Assembly (NCBI GenBank): GCA_012295275.1
Contig: CM022669.1
Location: 10,106,001-10,170,000 of the forward strand
Reading direction: 5' to 3'
From: Chrysomallon squamiferum
Taxonomy: Eukaryota > Animalia > Mollusca
Length of the DNA: 64,000 nucleotides
The notes below the pieces were generated by a model. It was not told the DNA's origin and did not search any database. It saw only the letters and a program-made list of their open reading frames with translations. The translations under genes and the position numbers were made by a program. Each line of letters starts with the position of its first letter. The stretch's first letter is position 1. Shown here piece by piece: positions 1-16,270 of the stretch.

Positions 1-477
1 CAACAGCATTTTTTATATTAACAGTTCTCATGTGTCAGTGACATGATTTGTAATGACAGAATACGAGAGAGAGTATTGACTCTTACCACTGATACATCAT
101 TTTTGTGAATTTTCTTAAAGACTGAAAAATATTCAGTAGATCAGTACTCTAATGACAATATGAGAGAGAAAATCAACTTCTGTCAGTATACTGACTCTTA
201 TCACTGTCAGAACATTTAGACAAATACTTTTTGTCAGAGAGGTAAACATAAAGCATGACTTTTCGATAAACAAGTCAAGTACTGTTTATTTACAAGAATA
301 GGAAACTGGGTGAACTGGAATGCCATAAATGACAACATGTAAATAGAATTAACTGCCACCATATCAGCAAAATGCATTAATTGTACAGTTAAACAGTATT
401 AAAACTATTTATTAAATGGCAAATTAATTTCTGTGAGTATACATTCTAAAGTAATGAGTCAGGCTAAAAAGTCTTAC

Positions 478-1161
478 TTAGCTGTGGCAAATATCTCCTG
501 ACATCTCTTCACTCTCATTGCATAAGAAGACTGAAATCAGATAAAATTAAGAAATATATAAAATTAAATTATTAGAAATAAACTGTCAGTAATATTGTTT
601 AAGCTATCATGAAATTACAATAAAATGATAATATCCAGAATCAAACTTGCATTCAGAAAGGGATTTCTATATTAATATTTTTTCAGTTGTTATTTAAGTC
701 AATGAAAGTTTAATTTCTTATCAGTGCAAGCTAGCGTCATGATTATTATATCAACAAAATTAACACTATGTATATTAATACATTTTTACTTCCAGTTCAT
801 GTTTTTGATAACAACAACAACAAATAATAATAAAAGAAATAAAGCAAAAGAAAGAGAATTCATTTTCCATCTTTATTTAGTCAAAAAAAGAACCTCTTTG
901 TTTACTGTCAGATATAACACTGAAAAATAGTTATTAAGATGTAATGTTAACTATTTCTGTACAGACAAAAGCATGGTGGTCACAATCACCTTGGAAACTG
1001 CCATCAACATCCACATAGCTTGTTGTGGAAACAGTACAAGTATCTTTGCAATCACAGTCTGAAACAACAAAACATAAAATAAAGTCAGTCTTAGATTTTT
1101 TTAAACTTTATTTTCTGTATAAAATATTTATTAACAGAAATGCTTACAGACAGATACAGAA

Positions 1162-1238
<77 letters not shown>

Positions 1239-1407
1239 TATTTTACCTTAAGCTGTTGAAAGACATCGGACTGGGCGTGACAGATTCTAGAAATGAGCTG
1301 GGGAAAAGCAGTGTAAAACTGGTACTCTGCCAGTGTCTGACTCAGATTAGCAATCACCTGAAATCAGAGTAATGAAACAACAGTGTGGTATTTGTTATAT
1401 TGAGAAA

Positions 1408-1438
<31 letters not shown>

Positions 1439-1828
1439 AAGACTAGAAAACAAAGATTTAGCATAAATGGTAAATAACAAAATTAATAAATGAAAAAAAA
1501 AAAAAGAGAGGGGAAAACAAGCTGGATTTAATATTTAACACACACACACATACACAAAATGCACACAAATTAATAATAATAATAAAATAAATAAATAAAT
1601 TAAAGCTGCTTTGAGAAAAGTGATTAAAGCAAAAATGCAGTTTTCACACTTTAGATGTAATTATATCTTAAGATCTGACCAAGTTAGACTACTTTTAATC
1701 TTTGAATGTTTGTCACATTTTGAACAATTTAATTGGAGATAATGACTGCCCAGAATATGAAGCTTGCAGTTTGAATCTTTCTGTTTGATGTATTAAGCAT
1801 AATATTTGATAACAATTATTGCAATAAA

Positions 1829-1860
<32 letters not shown>

Positions 1861-4800
1861 GAAAAGGAAATGGGTAATTATCAAACATTTAAATGGTTTG
1901 GATGTAAATATACTTTAAGGTTTGTTTTACATATATATATATTTAACAGGCTTCATACACTGTGGGTTGTCAAAATTTCCATAACTTTTCCAAAACGTTC
2001 CATAGCCAAAAAATCTCAATTTCCAAAACACCTCAATTACAACAAAGTGTTTTTAAATTTTAAAATATAATTACCTGGTTAATTCTCATCAGAATTGCTT
2101 TCTGAGCCTGAATCTTCTGTGAGGTTTTCTTTTGTTCTTTCCTCTCTGCCTCCACAACCACTGTGCCGTAATCAAGCCACAGACTGAGGAGTCTGGGCAT
2201 GGACTGATATATGTACTGGTTACCATACTGCAGTGACTGGCCAAAATACTTCACTACATGGATGATAAACTCACTGTGAAATACAAAATAAAATATCACT
2301 GAATGCAAAGCACTGTCATTCTGAAGTCTTTATTAAAAAGGTCTTTATTTAATACATGGATAAACCAACAGTGATGAATATAAATATATTGTATTCACCT
2401 ACCCATAAACAAAGACTTAAGAAATTATATACAAACTATATATATATTCAGTTTCACCCTCATATAAACTCAAATATACAAATAAGGTCTATAAATAATA
2501 GTCAAAGACAAAGCACAAAAAGCTAGTGCATGGAAAACACATAAATATTTTGAAACATGTAAATCTTTAAAAACTTCCAGTATAATGAAAGGTTGTTTTT
2601 GGGTGGGGTTTTTTCAGAATAAAAATAAGAAATTTAACTGTTTATTACTGAAATTGGCTTCTCCATGTAACATAAAAATTTGTACTATGGTAAAAGTAGA
2701 TTATAGACATGTGTCATACAGGACAAATAAAAACTTCATACAGCAATGCACAATAATTCAGACTGCTTATAATTTCTTAATAATTTAGATTGCTAACAAT
2801 TATTTTATAACTCAAATGCCTAAATCAATCACTATCAGTATTATGGAGAAAGTCAAATTGTGACCTGTATAATTGAAAATGTTAATTAAGCCTATTTGTC
2901 TATTTTATACACCAGTCACAGAAAATTACCCTTGTCTTTCTGGCTTGTCTTTGTCATCAATAATGGTTGTCATTATTTTATCATAGTACTTAGCCAAGGT
3001 AGAAATGTCCATCTTCCCAGTCAGGGTTGATCTCTATAACATCTTTATACAGCTTTACAATTGAGTTACTCTCCATACTTGATGTCTCTTCACTGTACCT
3101 CCCACATAACAGAAGTGTCTGCATTGTAAATACAATATACATAATTAACATATCTAATTAATATTTATATATAACTTTAAAATCTAATTATTTTCCATAC
3201 TTGATGTTTCTTCTCTATATCTCCACCAAAACAGAAGTGTCTGTGTAGTAAAACAATATATATACATTAATAAATCTAATTAATATCTTTGTATAACTTT
3301 ACACTTGAGTTATTCTCCATGCTTTGATGTTTCTTCACAGTAAATCCACAACTCACATTAACAACAATATCTGGTTTTGTAAATACAGTATAAATTAACA
3401 TATCTAATAAACTACGTTACATTGCAGTTACTCTCCGAACTTGATATCTGCCATCATTATACTCTACACAAAATAGCAATATCCAAGTTCTAAACAGGGA
3501 AATGCAGAGACAAAAAATGCTCAATATATGAATAATAACCATATTATAACCTGCCTAACAATTCATGAAATGTATAATATACATTACATTTTGAATAAGT
3601 GAACAGTAAAGATCATACTGATGTAAGCTCTGTAACCTGTTAAAATTATCTAAATACAGAGTAAACTTTGAATTAAAAAAAACGACACAAATTTATACAC
3701 CAACCTCAGCGTAGATACGTCGTCTCATGTTGCCATCATCACTGTTGTCACGTTTGAGTAGGGAGACGTCACTAAAATGTTCAGCTATGCTTTTCTCAAG
3801 ACAGGACAAAGCTTCATCATTCTCTCCCTGAGAATATATAAAAACATTTAAGATTTCACTGATAATTACATAATATTTAAATTTTTACTGTAAGACTGAA
3901 ACATTTCACTTATATGGGTAATATTAAAAGATTTCAGCTCTTATTGACAATTTCATATTCAAATATTTAAAATTACTCTTTTTCATTTTTTCGTTGAAAA
4001 CAAATAAAATATTTCGTATTTTAAAAAACAATATATCTTTTTTATTAATGTTTCAGTGAAAAAAAAAAAAATAAAAAAATAAAAATAAAAATATTAGAAA
4101 CATTTCATGTTTTACTGGTTTTACCAAAACATTTCTGTCACATAAACTATTTCACATTTTTTCAATAATTAATCATAATCATAAATTACTTTTTTGACTG
4201 ACTTTTTCATAAATACTGACAATGGATTGATTTAAAGAAGCATATTATCATTTCTATCTATGATTATGTCAAATATTATCATCCTAGATTCACGTATTTA
4301 ATTTTGTTTAAATTTTTTTTTTTTAACCTTTTCCCACAGCCATTTTGCTTTTTCCAGACTGAACTCTGGTAGATTGTAGGCACTGGCTTGAAGCAGACAG
4401 CCATTAACAGTCTGTAAATATCCAGCTCTGTAAACAAAAACACAAGATGTAAACAACAAATTTAAACCAAATTATTACTAAAACAGCAATCAAAAAGTGA
4501 AATAAATGTACAAAAATTTAAACTGGAATTTTCTGTAAAGGTTAGAGTAATTTAAAATAAAAATGACACTTTGGTTGAAATATTAGAAAATGTGATTATC
4601 ACAGAAATGGAAATTAAGTTATTATAAATAATAGAAAAAATGAAACTATAACCTACTATTAATTTAATATAAATTTATATTAGGCATTAGAAAAACAAAG
4701 ATTTGTGGTAAAATATTTCAGAAACAAATTCAACTAACTTTCTAGCCACTTTAGCACTCCATAGCCACCATTTCCCTACATGCATGTTGATCATATCGTC

Positions 4801-5960
4801 ATTGTTTGTGTTGGTCAGTGACAACAGTGTGCGGCGCAGTGTCAGAATTGGTTCCTGAGTCCTGAATGAAGACTACGAAGAAGAAAAACACTGAATCAAT
4901 GCTGATGAATCAAATAGGAAAAGTGAATCAATGTATACGAATCAAACTAGTAAATAATTGTAGAATCAAATTACATGAATCAATAATTCAGTTTGTTATT
5001 TAAACATTTTTTTTTTTCCATATAATTAATGAATACAAATATATATAAGCTTGAAATTGGACATACAATTAACAAAGAATAGTAACAAGCTGCAATAAGT
5101 AGCAGACTGGACATCTATTAAAATATTTGAAAAATATATTTTCCAGTTACATTATAACTGTACAGCAGAGACCAAACATTTTAACAGTGATCAACAGACA
5201 AACCTGAACCATCTGTAAACCAGATTCCCACTGTGAAAGGAGGTTTGCTACTGGTATTTTTGTTACTGAATCACTGTCAGAGGAGGGGGTGGGGAAATCT
5301 GCCAACACCCGTAATGCTTCTTCTATGTCATTGAGCATGTGTAACCTGTTAAAATTAATTTCAGTGTTAGAATGTAGTTATTGAAATTTGGTGTTATTAT
5401 AATAATAATCATAATCACTTATTAATTTGTCACATACTGTTTTCATATCTAGTCGTGATATTAACAGTGTAACTAAATATCTGTGAATGTATGTATTTAT
5501 TTGAGTTGTATTTAGTTTGGTAGTGATGTCTGCTTTTTAGATTTGTTTCAAACTATATCTAAGTATTTAAGTAGATGAGTTTGTATGACATATTTAGATT
5601 TATTTAATTGTATATGTAGGTGTTAGTAGAGTGTGTGTGTATGGTGTGTATGTGTGTTCATTTACATGTGGGTGTATACATTCTATTTATGAACACACAC
5701 ACCTTGCTATATACTCGTATCCACGTTGATATGATCCAGATTCCATGCTGGCTGCAGACACAGGACCCATCTGTTCTCTTCTCACCATCTCTAACTCTTT
5801 TACAAAGTCCTCCTCTCTCTGTGTGAACACTCAAAGTATTAGTAACAGCAAGGAAATCAAACATTTATCAAAAAAAGTAATATTATCTTCAACAATCAAC
5901 ATACATCATTCATTATAGTAACTACATATATATGTATGTATAACATGTGTGTGTGTGTGT

Positions 5961-5996
<36 letters not shown>

Positions 5997-8900
5997 GTTT
6001 TTCTATTCAAAAATAAATTGGTTATAGTCTTTAATTTACTGGTTACTGCAGTTAATCTAATACTAACCCTTTCTCTAGCAGCCAGAAGAATTTTACCGAC
6101 AACTACAGGCCAGCTGCGACTGTGTTTTTCTGCCTTTGTGAACATTTCCAGTTTATCCCAGCTGCCCAGTTTCCATGCTGCCTCCACCCTGTAAGCATTT
6201 AGCTCGTTCATCCACGAAGGCCTGAACATTAAGAAATATGTCTTTTTAGTGACTAACCCACTGATAATCACTTTTTTCAAAACTGCACTGATTTTTTAAA
6301 ACAGTAAGAAAAAAACCCTTTATCAAAGCAAAAACAATATAAATTAAATTCTATCTATGATTGATATAGATATTTATATTATACATTTAAAGAGAAATAA
6401 GTATAATACCAGTCACCTTTTAAGAATCTGATTGTGATAAACATCTTTACTTAATGACACCTATGACATTCAAAGGTAGCTAAATGTTATAGATGACTCC
6501 TGTTTAATGACCGATAATATTTCAAAGAGATAAATGTGGTACACCTCAGTTTAATGACATAAATAACTTTCTAAGGAAGCTAAATGTGATAAACCTCTAT
6601 TTAATGAAATAAATGATAGACACCTCTGTTAATGACATCAGTGAATTTATAAAAAAGACAGTACCTCTCAGCTATGACACCAGTTGCATAGAGAAGAGCC
6701 TTGTTCTGCTGTCCAAGCTCCATCAGACTTCGAAGAAGACCTTGATGTAGACTAACATCGTCAGACTCAAGCTGAATAGCTCTCTCATAGCAAGCCTGGG
6801 CATCCTGCTGTTGTCCTGAACAAAAAAAGTAACAAAACACCTTCTATTCAACTGACCATGTAAATAGCATATTACTTTAATGTTAAAACATTAAAAAAAA
6901 AAATAATGAGTCCTTCCATCACATTCTAATACAAATATTTTTTTCCACTTTAAAGATTCCATTTTAATATTTGTAATGTTCTTGCTCCAAAACTCATTTA
7001 AAAAAATTAAAAAGTAATAAAAATAATTACAGTTTTATTTACACAGAAAATACTGATTTGTTGTCTGCTAAGAAAATGCCATCTCTCTCCAGGATGCACA
7101 CCCAGGTGCTATTATTTCATCATTTCCAGTAACAATAACCAAACAAATGTTGAAATTAAATAAAATACTAATTTAAATGTATCTGACAGCTCATTATGTT
7201 CATTTAAACTATCCACAAATAGTATTATTTAAGGATGAAAAAATATAACAATTTACTAACAACTCATGCAGCTGATAAATTAAAAACTAATCTTACCAAG
7301 ACTTTCATGACTCAGTATCTGCTGCATCAATGTTGCTCTACTTTGTCTGATAGCAGCTACACCAACAACTCCATCTGATTCATCCATTGATACATATAGT
7401 CTCTGAAAAATATATAATGTAAAAAATGTATCATACTGTTGAATAGCAGCAGAGATATACTAAAATATCTTGAAAAAAGACAACAAAAACCCCAGTAATA
7501 TACTTTATTAAAACAATGTTTATTAAATGACAAGAAGATAAAGATTAGTATTTTATGTATCAAAAAAATCTTTTTTTGCTTAAAATATAATCAAATATAT
7601 ATATTTTTTTAAATTAAAAGAAATATTAACAACAGTAACTACAAAAAATATGCAATAATAAAAATACTTTCTAAAAAGCAGAAGAAGAAGAAAATGTCAG
7701 AAATGTAACAAGGAACCTGCAGAAAGTCAAGATGTTGTTGTAGATTTTCTTTGGATCCAGAGACAAACTGTTCAAAATGCATGAGAGATCGGGTGAAAGC
7801 TTCACAGTTAAAACAAGCCTGAGCCAGGACATCCTGAGGGATTCGATCCAGAAAAGCACTAACTGCTTTATAACCAGGATCTCGCAGATACACAGCCTCT
7901 GAAAAAGCAATGAACTAAATGTATGATAACATCTTATACCAACTTTGTAACAGTTAAAATATATAAATTATGCTATATTTTTAGGTTGGGTGATTTGTCA
8001 TTAGTGTATCCAAAACTGTGGATTATAAACAATACATCTGTCTCTGATCATAGTTAGTACCTAAGTATATGGATTGCATTGAGTACCTCAATAACTGTAG
8101 ATTTAATTAATTATCTTTGGAAATTAGATGAATTATCTCAGGCTGTAGATTAAATAAATTACGTTTGACCATAAATCAAATAATTTAATTTTACTGTAGA
8201 TTACATGAACTATTTTTGTAGATTAAATTATTTTTTACCCTATATTAAATAAACTATCTTTGACTGTAGATTAAAATAATTCCTTTAACTGAGATTAAAT
8301 AAATTATCTTAGGCCATAGATTAAATAAATTATTTCTGACCACAGATTAAATGCATTCACCTTTAGGATTGCACTTTGCTGCAGCAATGGTTTGTGCTCG
8401 ATATCGCTGCCACTTGGTTAGGTAGTCGAGAACAGAAAACACAGTCTGAGCACTCTTGTGACTGAAGTCAGATGAGCTTCCTTGTCGAGTGTCAGGTTTC
8501 TTCACTTGGTTTAGAACAACAAGAATCTCGTTACACACCTGCAAAAACAGCTTAAATACTGACTTCTATACTTTTTGATGACAAAGCTGTCAAGTCATAT
8601 AAAGATGTATTATTTTGAAATTGAATCTTGGAATATGTATTTTTGTGTGTGTGTGTGTCCATGCATTCTGTTATCTAGGAATATAAATGTGCATCATCAA
8701 GACATTATAAAATTAAGATAGAATTAAACAGATTTTTTCAGTTTTTTTGTTCACCTCTGTGATGTCATCATCTTTTCCATCCTGCAGGACCTGTCCTATC
8801 ACATGAGGAATCAGATATAGAGCAACATGTGTGTTGTGACGAATTGAAGCCGAGCAAGCCTGGAAAATCATTGAAGCCTTTTTCTGTTTTACCTAGTAGT

Positions 8901-9727
8901 AAAAAAACAAACAAAAATCTGTTAATTTATTTGTAACATTATCTGAAGATCAAACAAATAAAATACACCATTGTAGTGTTATAAATAAAAATTAGGAAAA
9001 TGATTTTTTATTTAAACACAAATAAATTAATTATATGACACACATCAGAAATTTTTTTTTTTTAGACATTTATAAAGGTTTTTAAAAAAAAAAGAAATAT
9101 TTAGATTTATAAACCCAAATAAGGAATTAAAAATAAAAATTATTAATACAGTATAAAGTAAAATTGTATCTGACAGTTTTTTTTTTCTTTTCCAGCAATA
9201 ATCAAAATAATCTCCAAGAGCACAAAATCATGAGACAAATTATAATAATACTGATATATATTTGTTAATATTGTATACCTTAGAGATGAGGTACCCAGTC
9301 CAGTTGCTCACCCAATCTTTAAAGTTACTTCCCTTTTTGCTATGGAAAATGGGCTTTGGTAGATTAGACCAGTCAGTTTCTTGGGCTAATACATATCTAA
9401 TATAAAATATATAATGCAGTAAATAATTACATATCCTAAAAATCAATATATTAAATATCTTAATGTATAGCAATACAGTAATTATAAATACATTCTGATT
9501 AAGATGTCGGTTATTCTAAATGTAAAAAAAAAAACGTCTTTAAATATTATTTTTCTCAACATTTAGATATATCATGTCTTTAATTACTGAAAGGAAAATT
9601 TATAAAAATAAGTCAGTAATAAATAATTTCAAAGAATTAAACATACCAGATTTTTACTAACATGATCTGCTTCCAAAAAATGTCAATGTATAATTGTACT
9701 ATAATATTAGTATCTCCATTTCTCACA

Positions 9728-9765
<38 letters not shown>

Positions 9766-12672
9766 AAACATTACATTCACAGATTCATATATACAGATAT
9801 ATGCTGCTGTCTAAAGAAACAGACAAAGGCAAATATAATGGGGTTTTTTTACTTGGAACTCAGCAATGGCACCAGCAGCTCCTGGATGTTTTCTGGAAAA
9901 CGTTTCCAGAGGCTGACAGTACGTTTAGTTGCTGTTGATGAGCTTTCTGGTCCTGTTTCATTGTCCTTGGGCTCATTAATCTGATAAATCTGCAGTAGTT
10001 CTTGCAGTGCATATGCAGAACAGTCCTAAAGAAAATATAATTAAAAAAATAATAACAAAAAAAATAATGAATTGTTCATCTCATTAATCTGATAGGTCTG
10101 CAGAAATTTTCACAGTGCATATGCAGAATAATCATAGGAACAAAAAAAACAAAACAAAAAAAAAAAAAAAAAAATTAACTGTTTGTCTCATTAATCTGAC
10201 AGATCTCTAGAAATTCTTGTGGTACATAAATTCAAAAAATAATTTAAAAAAAATAATTGTTGAGCACATTAATTCTTGAAGTGCAGATGCACAACAGTCC
10301 CACAAAAATACAAATTAAAATTTAATAATTAATTAATTGATATTTTCATCACATCTTTGGGCTTAAGACTCGTTTATCAGCATGTGCTTTTTACTCTAGT
10401 ACTGCTGGGATGTAAATGTTTGGAAGGAATGTAACATTTTAATGAAAATAGCATGAATGTTAAAAATACCTGTTTTGTTGGGTCAGTGGCTGCCAAGTAT
10501 GCCTTGATGACGTTGTTGATCAAACCCACTGCAAAATTGTCATCCTCAATGCTGGCCTGGAACTTCGCCATTTCTTCCTTGGGATTGTTATGAACTAATT
10601 CCAGTCTGAAAAAAAAATAAAAATAAAATAAAAATAATAATAAAATAAAAATAAAATAAAATAAAATAAATAAATAAATGTTCACCTAATAAAAATAAAA
10701 ACAGAAATGCAAACAAAAATAATTCTCTGTTTAAACATGTCCTTCATTTACCTAGATGAAAATTTTAATAAAGGGGCATTTAAAATTACATTTGCATTCA
10801 AATTAGAATCTTGATTGAAATAATAATGTTTTCATAAGCACAAAATAAAATAAAAGACACAAACTAAAAATAATTACTTACCTTCCTGGATCAATGGCCC
10901 CCAGTTCACCCAGACATTCTGCATACAAACACTCAGCTTTGCCATCTGACTCTCGACATCCTGCCAGCAACTTAATTAGACAGACAGACAAACTTATATA
11001 CTTCAAACAGAAATCAGCTTTAATACATAACAATACAGGTGAACTTAAATTGTGACAGCATCAGATTGAACTCAAAGCAGAATCAGTTAAAACAATGCAA
11101 TTATAGATCAAGTTAAATAATTCAGGTGAAACATATCACATAAAAAAAAAAAGAAGATTAACTTAACTATAAATATCCAGATATAGGTAAATATACTGAA
11201 AAAACACAGATCAAATCAAACACATTACATACACACACACACACACTCATATGCTCACAGATACACACACACACAGACATCATATAGAGAAGAAAAAAAG
11301 TTATGTAAACACCTTGAACACCTATAAACCAAACAAAATAGTCTTCAATATAAAAGTGGTTATATTGACAGTCCATTTTTAAAAACATATTATTAAAATT
11401 AATTTAAACTGATAAAACTGACAATATGTGTAGAAAAAGCTGAAATACTAAGTAACTATTAACACTCAAGTTCGCAGAGATACTTACCACAGAAACAAGT
11501 TGTGAAACAATAGGATCTGCTGACTCACTACCCAATACATAGTCATATAATACACTCTAAAAAAAAAAAAAAAAAAAAAAATAAAAAATATGTGTGTGTG
11601 TATATATATAAAAAATTAAAGAACGTTTCATAAGTATTAAATGATAAAATTATATTTACTGAAATGAGATAAGACATTTCTATACCCTGTCTTATAAATG
11701 ATATTATAAATCTTTTACTGTGTTTATTTGAAATTCCATTGAACTATTACACTTAATGGACATTACACTTATTTTCCTGTTATATTAACCTCAAATTTTG
11801 TTTCCAGTTTTTTAATTTTTCTAAACTAGCTGACTTTTGCCCATCAGATGTCTAAATAAAGGTAACACACTTCAAAGTAATAAAGATAAATTAACTTTTA
11901 ATTATATCAGAAAGAAGATTAGCGATAAACGTGAAAAAAAAAAAAAAGATACAGATATAATCAGTAACTGAATTTATTCAAACCTTTTCTTCCCTGAGAA
12001 GTTTGCGTAGTTTGGAAAGAGCATGAATACGAACATCCAGACTTTCATGGGTGACTCCTTTTATGGAGTGAGCTAAATTTGTCTTCAGATCAGACTGACT
12101 GCAAAAAAGAATTAAAATAACAACTTTCATACACATTTGTTAACATTATGTTAACCTGACATATCTTCTTGCATCTGGGTTTGTTTCTACCACACAGTCA
12201 TGTTTTTAAACATGTATGTGTGTGTGTGAGTGTGTGTTGTGTTTATGTGTGTCTCTGTTGGTTCTGTCTGTGTGTGTCTGTTGAAGGTTTATTATATGAA
12301 ACATATAGTCTGCATGCCAAATAACTAACCTTGAAGGACCATCTGTATATTTCTTGAGAACAGCATTGGCATCAGCCAACTCTGGTACATCTGGCAAGAA
12401 GTAGATCTCGTGGAAGTGATCATGAAGAGCTTTACTGGAAATTACAACAAATCACAAATAACATGTTGAACAGCAAACAAAATATGTAAATGAAAGAAAT
12501 AATGTCAGCAGAAATCAGTGGTGTGTCATTTGTTTAGTATAAAAATAAACTGAACAACTAAAATGATAGTTAGTTAAATGTCCTTATATTTTGCACTATG
12601 ATATTAACAATTTTCTGCCATCACTTAGCTATCAAGGAGTCAGCAGTAAACATCTTTTTTCTACTACTATTA

Positions 12673-12708
<36 letters not shown>

Positions 12709-15700
12709 CACACCTTTTCTTACAACTGTATGATGAGATAAAAGTATACTTATTTTCTGCTATCACATAGTCAGCAGAAAACACAGGTATTAGGTTAAAA
12801 ACATAGCTTTTCTTTCACTAGTGTTTCTAGATGAAAATGCACCTGTTTTCCACTATCATGTAGTTGAAGATTTCGGCCACCTGTGTGGGCAGTGGTTCCA
12901 GCAGTGGAAGAAGAGTAGCTATGATCTGAGATAGCATTGTACCCAACAGTGGAAGATCAAGACTGGAATAAAAAATATTTATTTTCTGTTATCAAATATT
13001 TTATAACTTGATACCTGCTGACTGAGAAAAATTATAAAATTAACACTGACTGATGGTAAGTGAGCACAAAATCAGAGAAAAACTAGTTTCAATTTTAACT
13101 GGTAATGCTATTCTGAAATGTTAACCTTAAGGAAATTTTTTTATTTGTATTACCTTTTGGGAGTAAATATTGTAAAAAGATGGTTTGTCACTACACACAC
13201 ACACAAATACACATACCTATACAAGTTTATTCTTATGGTCTTCTAGATTCAGAAGGTCATACACAGACATATAAAACACACACACACACACAATATTAAT
13301 GTTTCACCTTTTAATAAAGCAGTTCCAAGCTCTACAAGATATTTCTATGAAATCTTTATCTCGAAACTGTAAGCCCAATCTGCAAAAATCAAATTTAAAT
13401 ATTAAAACAAAAATTTCAAAACTTCAAAAATAAATAATATGTTAAAAAAAAAAAAAAAACATTATTAAATAATACTAAAAAATATTAATATTTTTCTTAA
13501 TGCCTTTATTAATAAATATTTATCTTTATGAAATATCCACTGAAATATCCAACATCTTTATTTTACATATGCTATTCTTACAAATATATGAAATCAGCCT
13601 AATCCACAGCCTTAGAAAAAAAAAAAAAAAAAAAACCAACATGTCAAAGATCAATTTTGTTTTTACCTCAATGTGTTCATCATCTTGTGACGAATTGAAC
13701 TGATATGCTTGCTTCCCATCAGACGAATAATGGAGATCAAACTTTCCATAGCCTGAAATTAAAAACAACATCTTGAATCCTGAGTTTATAGCTTTTCCAC
13801 CAATGCTTTTATTACTTATTTACAACCCTTGTCTCATCTTGAAAGTTGCATTAATAATATTCACCATGCACACTCTAATTAATTTCCATTTGTTAGCCAT
13901 TGTAAAAAGATGATCAACTAATGTTAAATTTTGTGAAATCTACCAACTCACCACTTTTTTGTCATGTAAAGAAATGCTTGATGTCATCAGTTGTGAATCA
14001 AAGAAGGCAAGCACTCCTAACAGTCTGGGCTCCAAGTAGTCAGCCTTTAAACACCACACAAAAATACCATTAAAAAGCAATTTTTAACAACAGCAATAAC
14101 CACATACACTGGGTTGAAATAAAAGTTTGTAGCATTTAGATCAATTCTTCATCCAGAAAAATGCCAAATTCCAGGAGGATGGAGTCATGTGAATGTCTCA
14201 AATATGGAAAATGGTGATGAAACAAAATTGCACATATAGAGGAAATATGTAAATATTTCTTTGAATTTCACTTAGAAAATGCTGTGAATTTTTGTTCCAG
14301 CTCAGTAATATTAAAGCTAATTTCAAGTCTTTGGTTTCAGAAACAACAATGGAAATATCATAAAAAGACAATTATGGAAAGCATCATTATTAATTATATA
14401 TATATAATCTATTTTAACTTGTAATGTATAAAAGTCCAAAATTTTTTAAAGAATACACTGGGTAGAATGCATAAATACCTCAAACAAATTTTACATACAT
14501 GCACCCAGGTTATTATTTCATTTGTTTCTAAGGACTAATTATTCTAATTATTAGTAACAATACACCATGACAATAAAATGAAAAGTTCTTGAAGATGAAT
14601 GGACATTTTCTATTATCATAAAGAGACATTTTGTAAAAAAATAAATATAATTTAACAATAAATCACGATGAAGTTAACTTCTTAATAAAATAAAAAATAA
14701 AAACTAATAACCATAAATTCACACAAACTATATTTTAAAATATATATTAATAATCTTACCATTTGTTCTGCAGTTGAGATATCTTTGGGACCTTTGTACT
14801 GTTCATCATTAGTAGATAATGTCTTCAAACCAGTAAAAACCTGTAAAAACCAAATAACCTCAATAATCAGCACAGTTTGAATATGTTTCTTACAATGTCA
14901 CTCCTTTGTCATTGCACTTTGAAAATTCAAGAAGATACTAAAGAAAGTTCAAACACTGTATATATGGCTGGCAGGTTATCAATAACTGTAAAGTAATTTA
15001 GTCTGTTTTTCAAACAAGTAAATCTTACTTGGTGGTAGTTTGTGCTGAGATGAAACAACAGTTCATTGTGGACTCGCTGGAAGTGTAGACGCAATAAACT
15101 ACCAAGCTCGAAGTTTGTTTCTGTCTGTTAAAAATTAAAATTAAATTACAATAAATTCTGTTACGTGATGTTCTTCCACCTAATACAAAAGCAGACTATT
15201 CAACTGGCTAATAAACAATGAATTATTATTAACAGATATTTAAATTAAAATCTTTATAAATGCAATATGTATCATTTGAGAAATGATATATTTTTTTTTT
15301 TCAAATTAATTATTAATAACAAATATTTAAATCAATAAAAATATTTGTAATTAATATCTTTATAAATGCAATATGTATCCTTAGAGAAATTATATATTTT
15401 TTCAAATTAATCCAACAGAAGACAATCATAAATTCTTATAAACAAATTTACCTATCTACCCAAATTTTAATTTTATCTACATCTACCTATCCTATGCATT
15501 TTCTTCTTAGTTTTTCTGTTAATTATATATAATTATGCATTTAACTGTCCAAGAAAACAATATTTATTTCTGTCATACATTCACCTCTTTGCAAATTAAT
15601 GTTGTTAAATTTACCTGTCAACCTGAATTTTCAATTTACCTGCAAATAATTGAAAGCCTTCTCTATCTCTGCCTTCTGAGAGAATCTCATGAGGTAGGAA

Positions 15701-16239
15701 AAGATGTATCTTGTGTTGTTAATTAGCATTATCCGACGATTCTAGAAAAGAAAACAAACCAGAATGAGGTTTTAATTTCAAATCATTTCTAATACACTAA
15801 TTATTCTATTCTAACATTAAATAAACCTAAACTCTCTACAGTACAAGGTTCCTCTGAACACACACAGGACTGCAGAATCAAAATATGTTTAGTGGAGCTC
15901 TGGTATTATTAGCAATTCATCAGTATATTTATGATGTTTTGTCAGAGGGAAGGTTGAAACTGAAAATCTCTTGTTGCTGATTGTCAGTGATGAACAGTGA
16001 CTGCAGACTTATCTGTGCTCAGGTTATGATTAAATATTAATGTTCAAACAGAGAAATAAAAATAAAAGTGTACCGGCACTGACAGAAGACGAGCAAGCAG
16101 CTTGATCAGGACAGAAGCTTCTGGTGTGGCTTTGCTAACCAGATGTGGTAACATGTACTTCTCACACCCCTGTAAATTGGAATATGAAACACATACAGGT
16201 TTTAAAAAATAATAATACAAAAAATAAAAATAAACAAAA

Positions 16240-16270
<31 letters not shown>

